Source: Podarcis muralis (taxonomy: Eukaryota). From it: a DNA stretch of 64,000 nt. The first letter of the stretch is position 1, and each line of letters begins with the position of its first letter. Below are positions 50,661 through 62,867 of this stretch, piece after piece. A model generated the notes under the pieces. That model worked only from the letters and a program-made list of their open reading frames with translations, ran no database searches and was not told where the DNA came from. The stretch spans positions 55,552,001-55,616,000 of the forward strand of contig NC_135658.1 in NCBI RefSeq assembly GCF_964188315.1. The letters are read 5' to 3'. Position numbers and translations under genes: made by a program.

Positions 50661-52585
50661 TCGCCGAGCGTCATGGGACTTGTAGGACTGGACAAAAGGG
50701 GCTCGTCGCTCGCTCGCAGCCCCCAGCCCGCCCCCCCTTCTCCACCGCGGCGCAAAGGTTTCCTTGTTTTATCACGGCAGCAGAGGCCCCAAGTTATCCG
50801 TCCCCCACCCCCACCCCGGGCCGTGAGAAAAATAAATCGATTCGAGAGATCGACTCCCTCTGCGATCTCACCCATAAACAAGCGCGCACTTTCCTAATGG
50901 GCAGTGTGATGGGTATCACGCATCTCTCGGGGACTCTTCAGGTGTAGGGTAGCCAACGTGGCTTCTGTCCAACTAGGGCAAAGGATCCTGTCGAATAAAG
51001 GGGCAGACTCCAGAGAGTGGCACCCAATACAATGCGTTGTGTGTTTTTAGCAGGGAGAGTTTCTCTCTTGACTTCATCCGCCGCTGGATCCTGGAGGGGA
51101 AAGGGAACCAAAGTTCTGCTCTCCTTATAACAACAATAATAATGTGGGGTTCCCCCCCCCCTCCCCAGGTGGGGTGAGATAGGCAGAAGAGGGAGCTGCA
51201 GTTCCGTTTGGTTCAGGCTCGGCGGCGGCAGCAGGTTGGGGATGGGTTTCTTTGTCCCACCGCCAGGCCCAGCGAGAGTGGCTGACGATTACATTTCTTT
51301 CCCCTTGACCATGGCTGTCAACTTTTCCCTTTTCTTGCGCGGAATCCTATTCGGAATAAGGGGATTTCCCTTAAAAAATGGGAAAAGTTGACAACTATGC
51401 CTTTGACATCTCTGCTGTCTGAAATGAGTGGAAATCTGGATAGGTTTCTTTTTATCAAATACGTGGTTTGGAGAAATGCCACTGGTCTTTATTTTGGAAT
51501 AAGTAAGTACGTTGCTGGCAGCATCGAGAGTCTATTGAAACTGTCAAATGTCTAATATTTTTGGTAAAAATAAAACCATAAAACATTTTCCAACACTCTC
51601 ATACACACACAGAATACACCATTCAAATGGGCATGTTTAGTAAGAGTTATACAAGGTACTAAAACTTGAGATTTTGGAGGATCCAATGTAAAACCAATAT
51701 AAAATTAGTTTTATATTCTGATGCTTTTCATCCAGAGTTTTGCAGGTCAGGGTGCAGGATCCACCTCATCTCAATGTATGCCAATACTTTTTTCTTTTCT
51801 TTTTTTTTGGCCTGGCCATTTATGGGAGCAGTCCTAAAATCCACAGTGTGTAATAAACAACCGATCACTGGACCAATGGCCATGGAGGAGAAGCCGGCGC
51901 ATTTCAATGGCTCTTCTACCTCATTCATTTTAGCGTTGTTCTCACTTTTGGATCCTGGTTTGCAACCCGCCTTAAAAATGAGCAAGCTTGGGACCTGAAT
52001 TCTTGTTTCCGCGGCAGCTCTTTCATAGCTCCTACTTCCCTCTTTTGAGAAAAGGGGGAGGGGAACCCGAAAGTTTTTACAGAACCTGACGTGCCTTGCT
52101 TTGACAAGAGGGTATATGCAGGCCCTTGGACGCAGAAGAAGCCGATTGAGAAAAAAGCTGCCCCACATAGCTGTCTCTCTCCTCTCTGCCGGCCCTCCCT
52201 CGCCGCCTTCCCCTCCCCTGCCTGGATTGGTGCACCGCTGTCCCTGGCCTTTTAAGGGCTGTCCCCCGGTCAATCTAAAGCGACGAGCGCGGGGGGCAGG
52301 TGCAAGTCCTCCTGCAATGGATACTTTTACCAGCCAATCGTGCCCTGGCCCGTCTGCTCCCCAAATGCCTTGGAGCCAATGAGCTGATGCGGAGCGGGGT
52401 GGGGGGTGGGGTGGGAACGGCAAGGAACCAGCGGAGCCCAGGAGTCGCGGGGATTCTTCGGGGATTCTCGCTCCGCTCCGGGCAAAGAGGGCCGCGCGCT
52501 GCGTTTCTTGCTCCTGAGCTGACACGGAAGGCGCGCTGCTGCTGCTGCTTCCCCTTGCTGCGGGTTCCCTCTGGGTGTCGTCGGA

Positions 52586-52630
52586 ATGGTGATCAAAGTG
52601 TTCGTAGCGACGTCCTCGGGGTCTACCATG
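52586..52630 (+). CDS. SH3BGR: SH3BGR exon 1 coding part (MVIKVFVATSSGSTM)
   Basis: 45 nt, GTAGGT donor; SH3BGR-family N-terminus. Confidence 0.96.
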
Positions 52631-53897
52631 GTAGGTATAGCCAGGCGATGTACGTTCCCACGGGTAAGAGCTTCCAGAAGCTTTGGGAAGGACTTTGTTG
52701 ACGAGGAAAGGGGCGTGGTGCACATACGTACCGAATGGCCTGTCTTGGGTGTCTTGTGGTTTTTTTGCAAATCCAGGAGGGCCATGGGATTGGTCTGCAG
52801 CTGCAGTTAAAGCCAACAGCTTAATGCATCTCAGGAAGCGGGTTTGAGTCCACCGAAACTGACCGACACGTGCCCGTTATTATTTAAACGGAGGCGCACC
52901 GCAATCTTCCCGACTGATTCAAGGTGCAGAGAAACACGGAGGCTGAAATACTCTACTTCCTCAGGAGTAAGCCTACTTGAACTCACGGGGACATTCTTCT
53001 GAGTAGGATTGCCCTGTGGAATAATGCCACATCTTTGTGCATGCCTGCACATCAGTGAAAAAAACAACCTTTGCACAACATATTCCTTTTAGCAAGTTTT
53101 GCCGATCTTTTCTTTTTCTTTTTTTAAAGCATAATGCTTTTGCTATTGGAACAATAATGATCAGGCTTGGTTGTGGTGTGTAGAATTTTTCTTTTTTTGA
53201 GAAATATTGCTATATAAGGGGTACTGCTCACGTGCACAAAAATTAAGCACATGCTATCTTAACATTGCCATCTTAACATTTTAAATCTTTATTACTGTGA
53301 GTTTTGAGCATGTCTACTGTTAAGTGATCAGAACAGCTATGCTGGCTGAAACTAGCAAACGGCATGCACTGAGAAGTTTGGAAGGTGGGACCTGGGCATG
53401 AACTGTTTCCTTTTATATCCAGTTCCCACATGAGCTCAAATTGCAGCCCTGGCTGAGCAATCAGTCACAGTGACACTTCTAAACAAACTGACTGCTGCTT
53501 GCACATAGCTCCGAGGCTGTATTGCTAACTGGCTTGCACTAACACAACCTCAAGAAGTTTCCAGAGCAGAAGGACTTGAAAAGGACTAAATGGAAAAGCT
53601 TGTCTTCTCCGCAACTGCAGGCTGCTCTCTTTAGCACCTGGGTAGCAGAGCTTCCATTTGGCCCAATATACTTCAAAGAGTATTTGCATTTGATTGTGTA
53701 TAATGGATGATGCCATTTGCTCACCACCTGCAAATATAACATTGTCCCACACCTGTAATTAGGATGCAGTGCTTATAGTGTAATCCCAAGCATGAGGCTG
53801 CAGTCCTATATTTATTAAGACTCATTGAATTCAGTGGGACTTTCCTCAGAGTGGATATGCACAGGATTGTGGGGTAAAGCTTCTTGGTTCAGAAATA

Positions 53898-53929
<32 letters not shown>

Positions 53930-54625
53930 TTTTTGGAAAACTGAAATTGCTAGATTGATCAACTAAAACAAATAAGATTCATCAATTAAATTTCTTTAAG
54001 CAGGTTGCAACCCTAGTTGTTCCACTGTGGTGGATTGTCATGTGGCAGAACTTAATACCTCCAGTAGTATATATGATCCATGTTATGAGTACAGTCAGAA
54101 AAGGATTGGATATGGAGACAAAGAACCTCAGACTCCTCTTACTGGCTTAGCATATTCTTACTAGTGTGAATTGGGGTGTGTATAAGAGTCAAAGAAGGCA
54201 TTTTTAATTCACTGGATTCCCTAGCACTTTTGTTTTAAATAGGAATAGTATTCTTCTAACACCACCATCCTAACCATGTCTACTCAGGGGTAAGTTCTAT
54301 TGACTTCAGTGGGGATTCCTGCCAGATAATTGATGTTAGGATTGCACCCTAAATAATAATAATAATTTTTATTTATACCCCGCCCTCCTCAACCAAGACC
54401 GGGCTCAGGGCGGCTAACAACCAATAATAAAAACAAGTTGATTAAAATACAATTTAAAAAAGAAGATCAAAATACAACATTAAAACATTAGGATGCAGCC
54501 TCTTCACAGGAAGAGAAAGGAAAAAGAAAGAGGGGAAACTGTAAAAAAAAAAGCCTTTTTACACTCCTGTTTATTTATCATAGGCATCTGGGTCCTGTTA
54601 TAAACCATCCTCCTTCCATTATTTT

Positions 54626-55239
54626 CAGCGAGATGACCGTCGCAACCCCAGAGTTGTCTGCGACTGGACCTAATGGTCAGGGGTCCCTTTACTAGGTACC
54701 CCTGACCATTAGGTCCAGTCACGGACTACTCTGGAGTTGCACGCTCATCTCGCTCTATAGGCCAAGGGAGCCGGCGTTTGTCCGCAGACAGCTTCCGGGT
54801 TGTGTGGCCAGCATGACTAAGCTGCTTCTGGCAAACCAGAGCAGCGCACAGAAACACTGTTTACCTTCCCGCAGGAGCAGTACCTATTTATCTGCTTGCA
54901 CCGTCGCAGGGATTCGAGCTGCAGACCTTCCGATTGGCAAGCCCTAGGCCATGGGTAGGCAAACTAAGGCCCGGGGGCCGGATCCAGCTCAATCGCCTTC
55001 TAAATCCAGCCTGCGGACGGTCCAGGAATCAGCTTGTTTTTACATGAGTAGAATGTGTCCTTTTATTTAAAATGCATCTCTGGGTTATTTGTGAGGCATA
55101 GGAATTCATTTTTTTCTTTTCAAAATATAGTCCGGCCCCCCACAAGGTCTGAGGGACAGTGGACCGGCCCCCTGCTGAAAAAGTTTGCTGACCCCTGCCC
55201 TAGGCTCTGTGGTTTAGACCACAGTGCCACCCGCGTCCC
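54626..55239 (-). mobile_element. Sauria SINE (54695-55239, minus) preceded by an inverted 3' SINE fragment (54626-54692, plus) and interrupted by a hAT MITE
   Basis: SINE body matches the 39278-39630 copy; arms pair across a spacer of about 7 nt. Confidence 0.88.
54950..55197. mobile_element. hAT MITE, 248 bp, same family as 47010-47243 (opposite orientation), nested in the SINE
   Basis: Perfect 8-bp TSD CCCTAGGC derived from SINE sequence; same termini. Confidence 0.92.
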
Positions 55240-57479
55240 TTCATGTATACTATAACTTCCCCCAAAGGCTCAGAGTGGTTTGCATCTTAAAGGTACTTCA
55301 CTTTATACAAATTCATGTGACTCCCACTACCACCTGCATTTCACATCTCTCTCTCTCTCTTTTTTTACAATACAGATAACATTTTAAACAATATGACCAC
55401 AACCTCAAAAGCAGCTTAAACACACATACATGCAAGCAATGCTAACTATGCACTGAACAACTACTAGCCCAAACATTTTGCATCAACAATTTGTATACCT
55501 ATCTAATATATTTGTAGCGGAATCCACAAAAGGTCAGTGAAATTGAAATCATCATCCCTGTTGTATGCACATTTACTTTATAGGAAGTTCCATTGCAATC
55601 AGTATGATTTACCTTTTAAACAAGTATGTTGAGGATATTTCATTTACTGCATGGAGCTGTAAATCTTGTTCCAGTACTATACTAATGTACATGGATTATG
55701 TGCATCTATGGCAATTATGGCAGACTAGGATCATTCTGTCCCACTTGCGATACACAAGTTGCCTTGTTATCTATGGTGTTTTGCATAGCAGCACTTAAAA
55801 CCAGTGCATAACATTCTGCTCCAAAGTTTAACTGTCACCTGAGAGTTACTCTAGAGATATTGAATACTGAGTTGTGACAGAAGCACCATATGGCTTTTTC
55901 TTCTTCTTCATTTTACTTGAGTCCACTTTATAGTTAGCCTGTTGGTATTTAAGACAATTTATTTGCACTTAAAGGCGAACTGAGAAATCCAAGTCTTTCC
56001 ACTCAAATAGATGGTGAATTATGTTGTTGACAATCTTGATTTCGTGTATCTTTTTATTTTCTTATGGGCCAAGGATGAAGTATAAATTCAATGTTCCTTA
56101 CTTCTCACCAAGACCACTTTAGAATCATTCTTATAGAACTCTATAATCCCTTGAAAAAGAAGCTTGTCAGCCTACTAATAGTATGTTTTACAGTGATAAA
56201 AGGCAACTTCAAGTTTCAGTCTTGGATGAAACCCTCCTACCCCTGTTTTGTGAGGCACAATGTTGAGTTAAAAATACAAACTGAGAATTATAAACAATGG
56301 CTTAGAATGTAAGAAAATGGTTAGAAGTCTAAACAAGGAAGGGGTAGAGTTAAAATACACATGTGTGGATGGATTGCATTTCTTGCAGAGCACCTGCTTC
56401 TATTCCAAAATCAAATTTCTTCTTCAGATACCAGAACTGAGGTTTGCCTTTTAGCTTTTTGAAAGCAGCTATTTTAATGACTTTTTAAATTATTCTAGTG
56501 ACTAGTAGAATCTAGCCATTCAGAACTTCCTCGAACGAGAAAGTTAGTGATATAAAATTCCTGCCGGCTAATTTCTGCTCAAAACACAAGGAGAATAATG
56601 GAACTTCCTTACTTTCAGAAATGCACTGGAACATGAAAAGAACAGCCACAAAGATTTATGCCAATTTGTGGATAGTATAACAAAAGACCCTTTTTATTTG
56701 CTTCTGCCGCTGTAAGGGAATAATTAGTATCACACTGGAGTGTCTCCATGAATGAAGTTAGTAGAGTTGGTTAGCTTTTCATAATTTCTGTTGCTGTACC
56801 GTACAGGATGTCATGTTCTGAGATGCTGGAAAATAACAATCGAGCACATGAGGGGGCGAATAAAATCACAACTTCACCATAACTTCATTCCTACATTGCA
56901 GGGGGTTGGACTAGATGACCATTGGGTTCCTTCCAGCGGTATGATTCAATAAAGTGTTTAGCTTAAGCCTTAGTCCGCACTCTCCATCAAAATGAAGTCT
57001 AAATCTGCATTCAGTCACATCCATCTCTCTTGCTTTTCTCTCACCACCTCTTTTTGTGTTGCTTGTTAACATTGCTTGCATTCTCTCTTCCTCCTTTGTG
57101 ATCCTCCAGTGTTTGAAACTTAGACTGTAAGCTACTTGACACAGGAACTGCTTGTTTTTATGTTACTCTGGAAATTGCCATACAAATTGATGGCACAATA
57201 TAAAACAATAACAAGTAACCACAAATAACCTTTTAAAAGTATTTTAAGGTTTGAAGCACCAAATTCTTTCAAAAGAAACCCTCCCCCCATCATGTCCCTA
57301 AACACTGTCACTCTCAGCACATAATAAATCTTTATTTTTTTTTAAAAAAGAACGGTGTGGTTTCACAACTCTTAAGAGGGGAGCACAAACACCATGTGCT
57401 CTGCAAGCATCTTTCTGCAAAGAACCTCCTTTCTGCCTTGGAGCACAATATGGTTTGATTTCTGTAGTTTAATCTATGC

Positions 57480-60200
57480 CAGGGGTTGCCAGTCCTCCAG
57501 GACCAGGGGGCACATTTTGAGGTGCTGTGGGCACCACTCACAAGATGTATGCTATGGGGGTTGTTGCATAACATGAAATGGCTGTGGTGATACGTGTGGC
57601 ACATAACACAAAATGTTTGGATGACGTGTAACAAAAAATGCCTGCTGTGACATCATTGCAAGGCATAATGGATGCCACATATGAAAGACAAGAAATGGAG
57701 ATAGGAGCACAGAGTAGTGTGGCCATGCTCTCCTCACCAGCTGCCTCATCAGTGGGGGGGGAAGCACCTATATCAGTCATGTACTTCCTGTTCTGGAAGT
57801 CATCTCTGCACCGACATGGGAAGTGTTCCTGAAGAAATGCTTCTCACAGGCAGATGCTCCCTCCGACCATCTGATGCATCTGTTCACCCACCTACCTATT
57901 TGGCCTCCCACCGATCCTGACGAAATAGCCAAGCTAATAGCTCAGCTGAAACCGGGCAAAGCCCCTGGGCCCGACCTGATCCCTGCTGAAGCCATCAAAC
58001 TACACCCAAAATGGTGGGCTAGCATCTTGGCCAAAACCTTCGATGCAATCAACGCTTCCGGTCTCATCCCCAAAATATGGAAGGAGGCCATTATAGTACC
58101 AATTCATAAAAAAGGTTCTCCAACGGAGCCGGAAAACTATCGCAACATCAGCCTCCTTTCGATCATAGGGAAAATCTATGCCAGCTTTTTGCTGACTAAA
58201 TTATTGCGATGGGTAGATGAGACTAACCAGATTGGCCACGAACAAGCAGGGTTCAGAACTAAACGTTCTACAACAGATCATGCAATAATTCTTTATCATC
58301 TGGCACGGAAGTACTCCTCCCCTCCCCGGGGCAACCTCTGTGCTGCCTTCTTAGATCTAAAGGCAGCCTTTGACAGCGTTCCTAGAAATATTCTTTGGGA
58401 GAAACTTGCGAAACAGGGTATTGATAGAAGACTCTTATGGCTCATAAGTCAGCTCCACGAAGGTACCCTTGCCAGAGTGAGACTTACTCCTGCGGGCGAC
58501 CTCACAAATTCGATACCAATAAACAAGGGAGTGCGCCAAGGATGTATATTGGCTCCCTGCCTATTCAACCTTTTCATCAGCGACATGCGAGCATCCCTAG
58601 TTAACTCATCTCCAAGTACACACGCGCCTAGACTAGCGGATTACCGCTGCCCACTCCTTTTATATGCGGACGACGCGGTAATTCTATCTTATACACGTGT
58701 TGGACTAACCAGAGCTCTGAAGATCTTTGCCACGTATTGCCAACTCAACCAATTAACCATCAACCATGCTAAGTCCAAGATTCTGATTTTCTCCAGAAGC
58801 CGGAGATTATACAAATGGAAGCTTGGTGGAGCAAAAATAGAGCAAGTCCTAAAATTTCAATATCTAGGAGTTATTTTTCAATACAACTTGGGATGGAAAG
58901 CTCAAATTCAACACCTACTTAACAAGGCCAAAACCCTGTTATATGCGCTCCTCCGATTTTTCTTTTCGGACGGAGCTTTGCATGTCCCTTCGGCCCTAAA
59001 GGTGTTCAAGGCAAAAGTGGTTGCAGTGCTTGCTTATGCTGCCCCGCTCTGGGCCGTGATGACAGATCTTGCTCCCCTTGAGACTCTGCAAAGCCAATTC
59101 CTACGTCGGCTCCTAATGCTCCCCCTATGCGTAAGCAACGCAGCCATGCGACTAGAATTGAAGATCGCATCCTTAGAAACTTGCCTGTGGAAGCAAGTCT
59201 TCAATTACTGGTTATCATTGTGGCATAGATTACCAAACCATTACCTTGCCCAATGCTTATGGCGAGATGAATTCTCCAGCCTTTGGACTAGTAAAATTCA
59301 TGCCAAACTCCTGAGCTATGGAATCTCTCCCTCAGATCCCCTAAAACTAGACCAAATCACTGCTCAAAGACTGATCCGTCAAAGACTGGATGACATCGAC
59401 TTGCAGCAAAATTACACGCTGGGGGGAGGTGTTTGTTCGCCCCAGAACATTGGTATCACTTTAACTTATTGCGTTCCATCATACCTCTCCTCCCTTTCGA
59501 CTGTTGCCCATAGACTGGCCTTCACCAAAGCGAGGTTCAACGTTTTCCCCTCCAATGTCCTGAGACATAGATTCTCAAAGGGCCAAGTCCCCGCCACGTG
59601 CGAATGTGATAAGGTGACGCCGGAGTCGCTCCAGCACATTATGTTCACTTGCCCCCTGTTCAATGTGCCACGGGCAAATTTGTTGGGATCAATCATACAG
59701 AAACTAGAGGGTACCCCACCAAAATTCCACCTTGCCCAAATCTTGCAGGATAAGGATTCCCACACGACCCTGAAAGTGGCTAGGTTCCTGGTCGCTGTCC
59801 TCTCCCAAAAGCGACGCCAAGGAGCGCTACAAGCTAATTAAGGCGTAGTATGCCATCCCATCTTATAGTATTTTATTGTTATAGTGGTGTTTTAGCGACT
59901 GTTTTTTTTTCTTTTCCCCACGGCACAAGCTGCCACTTATGTGTTGTTTTTTACCTGTATGGGCCTATGGCCGTAATAAATATTATCTATCTATCTATCT
60001 TCCTGTTCTGGCATCCAGTGAAACATGGGCATGTTTAGGGGGATGTATTCAATGGAGAGGTTGATCCAGTGTAAACAGGAAATGAGCAGGAAGAGCAAAC
60101 AATCTGCTGTGCATTGTGGTTTTTGAGGGGATACCCTCCAAAGTACAGGGGGTACTGGCAAGCACACTGTTGTCTATGGGTGCCATGTTGGCAACTTGTG
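57480..60200. mobile_element. Old hAT-type non-autonomous element (about 0.5 kb of its own) split by the LINE insertion
   Basis: Ends CAGGGGTTGCCA / TTGGCAACTTGTG; 8-bp TSD ATCTATGC / ATCTATGT. Confidence 0.6.
57797..59998 (+). mobile_element. Young 5'-truncated non-LTR retrotransposon, RTE-X-like; RT ORF open from the truncation point to 59841
   Basis: KAPGPD, NYRNISLLS, EQAGFR, FLDLKAAFDSV, GVRQGC, LLYADD, YLGV, C-terminal C-x-C..H..C knuckle; no endonuclease (truncated); AATAAA 59975-59980, (TATC)n tail, 13-bp TSD CTTCCTGTTCTGG; clade call less certain than the LINE call. Confidence 0.93.
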
Positions 60201-62229
60201 ATCTATGTGGTTGGGAAAGGATTGAACTAGATGATAATTGATTGTCTTGATTACCTTACAACTCTGGTTCTATAGAATCTAATGTACTGAAACTCTGACT
60301 TTATTATACAGCAGGAGTTTGATGAAATAGCAATGTGCTGAGTTTTTGTTTTAATTTTAGTAGACCACTGGTTTCCAAGGGATAAACAAAACGATGAGTT
60401 TGGTCATGTCTCTAAGGTTTGAACTCATAATTCAATAAAAGGAAACCAATAAATTAACCCAGGCAAAGCTACAACAGAAACCGTAAGCACAGGTAATTCT
60501 GTGTCAGCACATAGTTAAACATACATTGGTTTTTTCCACTGTGCCAAAGCAAAGAAACACACCAGCTTTGTAGGCCAATGTTAAATTCCCTCCCTGCTGC
60601 TGCAAAAAACTCAGTTCCAAGACCCCATGGCCCTGCCTCCCTTAAGAATAGCAACGCAGACACCTAGGGTAGATGTGTGTCCTACTTTACAGTAAATAGT
60701 TATCTATTGTAAGGAGTCCTCTATTTGAAGGGCTGTCCAGTCCGTACCTAGTTTAAACATAAAGAACCGTAAGATGGGAGAGCAGAGATTCTGAAGATTA
60801 ACAATTAGCACCTGACCAGGCAGACGGGGCATATACACAAATTACCTGGTCACAGCTTTGCCCGCTATGGGGGCATTTATTGTATTTCTATTTAGATTAG
60901 TAATTATTTCTGAATTATCATTTATACATCCATAGATTTTAGGCAAATCTGTGTTCTCTTTTTGTGAGTGTACCAATGGTCTCTGTGTGTATCAATGGTC
61001 TTTTTTCTCCCCTCATGGCTCCTCATTCACCTGGAACTTTAGGATCAGCTGCATATCCTGACCACCTTCCATACATTTAGGTGACCCTGCTCTTGAGGGG
61101 GAGGTGGTATTCCTTCTGAAAGAACAGTGGCTTTCAAACTGTATTCTGAAGGATGCTGGGGCTTCTTTGAAGTTTACCAGAGGTTTGTAGTGATGGGCAA
61201 GATTCCCTGAAAGATGGGGGGGGGGTTTAAATGTTTGGATGCAGCCATGTAATCTGTTACGCTACTTACATGACCCCATCAGTTTTGTCATTCACACGTG
61301 TTGCCTAGGGGAGATTGGATTTTAAATTGCATGATGGAGTCACAAGCAAAAATTATCTTTGTGACCTCATTCAAAACGACATTTGAGCATGGAATTAAGT
61401 TGCTATAAAGTTGGCAAGGAGATCGGTGCTGTTTCAGAATAAATTGCATGTACTTAGTTGGAGTCTAGGGTTATTAGCAGAATTTGCGGTGTGGCTGCCC
61501 GCCCTGAATTTGGCTGAGGAATCTGCCATCATTACAACCCTTTTTCAAGACATGTTCATATTGCTGTAATTAGGAGACTGGCGGCACAGGTGCACCTGCT
61601 TTTCAACAGTACATTTATACAGGATTCTTCCTTATGCCTGATGGGACCTCAACAGCACAAGTACCTGCTAAGAAATATGCGCAGGGAGCATCTTGCTTGG
61701 CCTTTAGCACTGGGAAGGTGGTGGTTTCTGCCCACAGTGCAGAAGAATGGGAACACGCTTCAGGTGAACACGCTTAAACTATAGGGATTTTTGAGAGCAA
61801 ATTTGGTATTTACAGCAGCTAAAACAAAAAAAAAAAGTTGCAGAGACAATAAATGGGTAAAAATCAAAACATAACTTTAGCATTGCTTATAACAGGTTTG
61901 GTGAATCTTAGCTCATTAAAAAAATTCAGAGATAAATTGTACCTTCCATTCTGAACAGCAGAGAGGTACAAAGAGCTTATCTGTGAGTGAGCATGATGGT
62001 GGCTGGTGTGGGTGCCTTTCCACCTGGCATTGATAGGAGAACTGATGCAAGGTCATGTCTGCACCATTTTGTAGTTATTTTTTCTGGTCTTTTATATGTG
62101 GGTGCCATTTTATGTTAATTCTACACTCCAACACCAGCCATTTTGTGACTGCCTTCACAGCACTTCCTCAAAATTTCCAGTGTGCCCATTGGGTATCCAA
62201 AGTTGGTGACCCTGTAATACAGGTTAATA

Positions 62230-62588
62230 CAGTGCTTTTTTCTGGGGATAGGCAGGGGTATGCATACCCCTAAACATTCTGTGAATCTAACGGGAGAAGA
62301 AACTATTTTTTTTAAATAAAAAATTAGTTTCTTCTCTAGCACAGTGAATCGTCAGTTCTGTTGCTACCCCCGATGGCGGCCTCATTTCCTTTCATGGTGT
62401 TTCCTGAGTCTCAGACGGAAGCGAGCGTTTAATGTGTGAAGTAGGAGTTGGAATCTAGCACGGTGATTGGTCAGTTTCATTGTTACCATCTTCGATGGCA
62501 GCTTCATTTCCTTTCCCAGTGATTTTCTTCAGTCAAAATGGAAGTACCCCTAAACATTTTATTTTTATTTTTTAGAAAAAAAGCACTG
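62230..62588. mobile_element. hAT MITE, 359 bp, ending 75 bp before SH3BGR exon 2
   Basis: TIR CAGTGCTTTTTTTCT / AGAAAAAAAGCACTG; perfect 8-bp TSD GGTTAATA; internal imperfect direct duplication of about 80 bp. Confidence 0.9.
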
Positions 62589-62627
62589 GGTTAATATATT
62601 GGATATATCCACTAAGTTTAGTTATGA

Positions 62628-62867
<240 letters not shown>

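Larger units (their letters stand above)
50280..52950. promoter_or_regulatory. Divergent CpG-rich promoter region LCA5L/SH3BGR with two perfect CArG boxes (CCATTTATGG 51816-51825, CCTTTTAAGG 52248-52257), CCAAT boxes and an E-box
   Basis: Motifs read directly; CpG density; boundaries approximate. Confidence 0.7.

Noticed and set aside
51008-51024. CTCF-like motif between LCA5L and SH3BGR
   Set aside because: Three mismatches in the core; not supportable.
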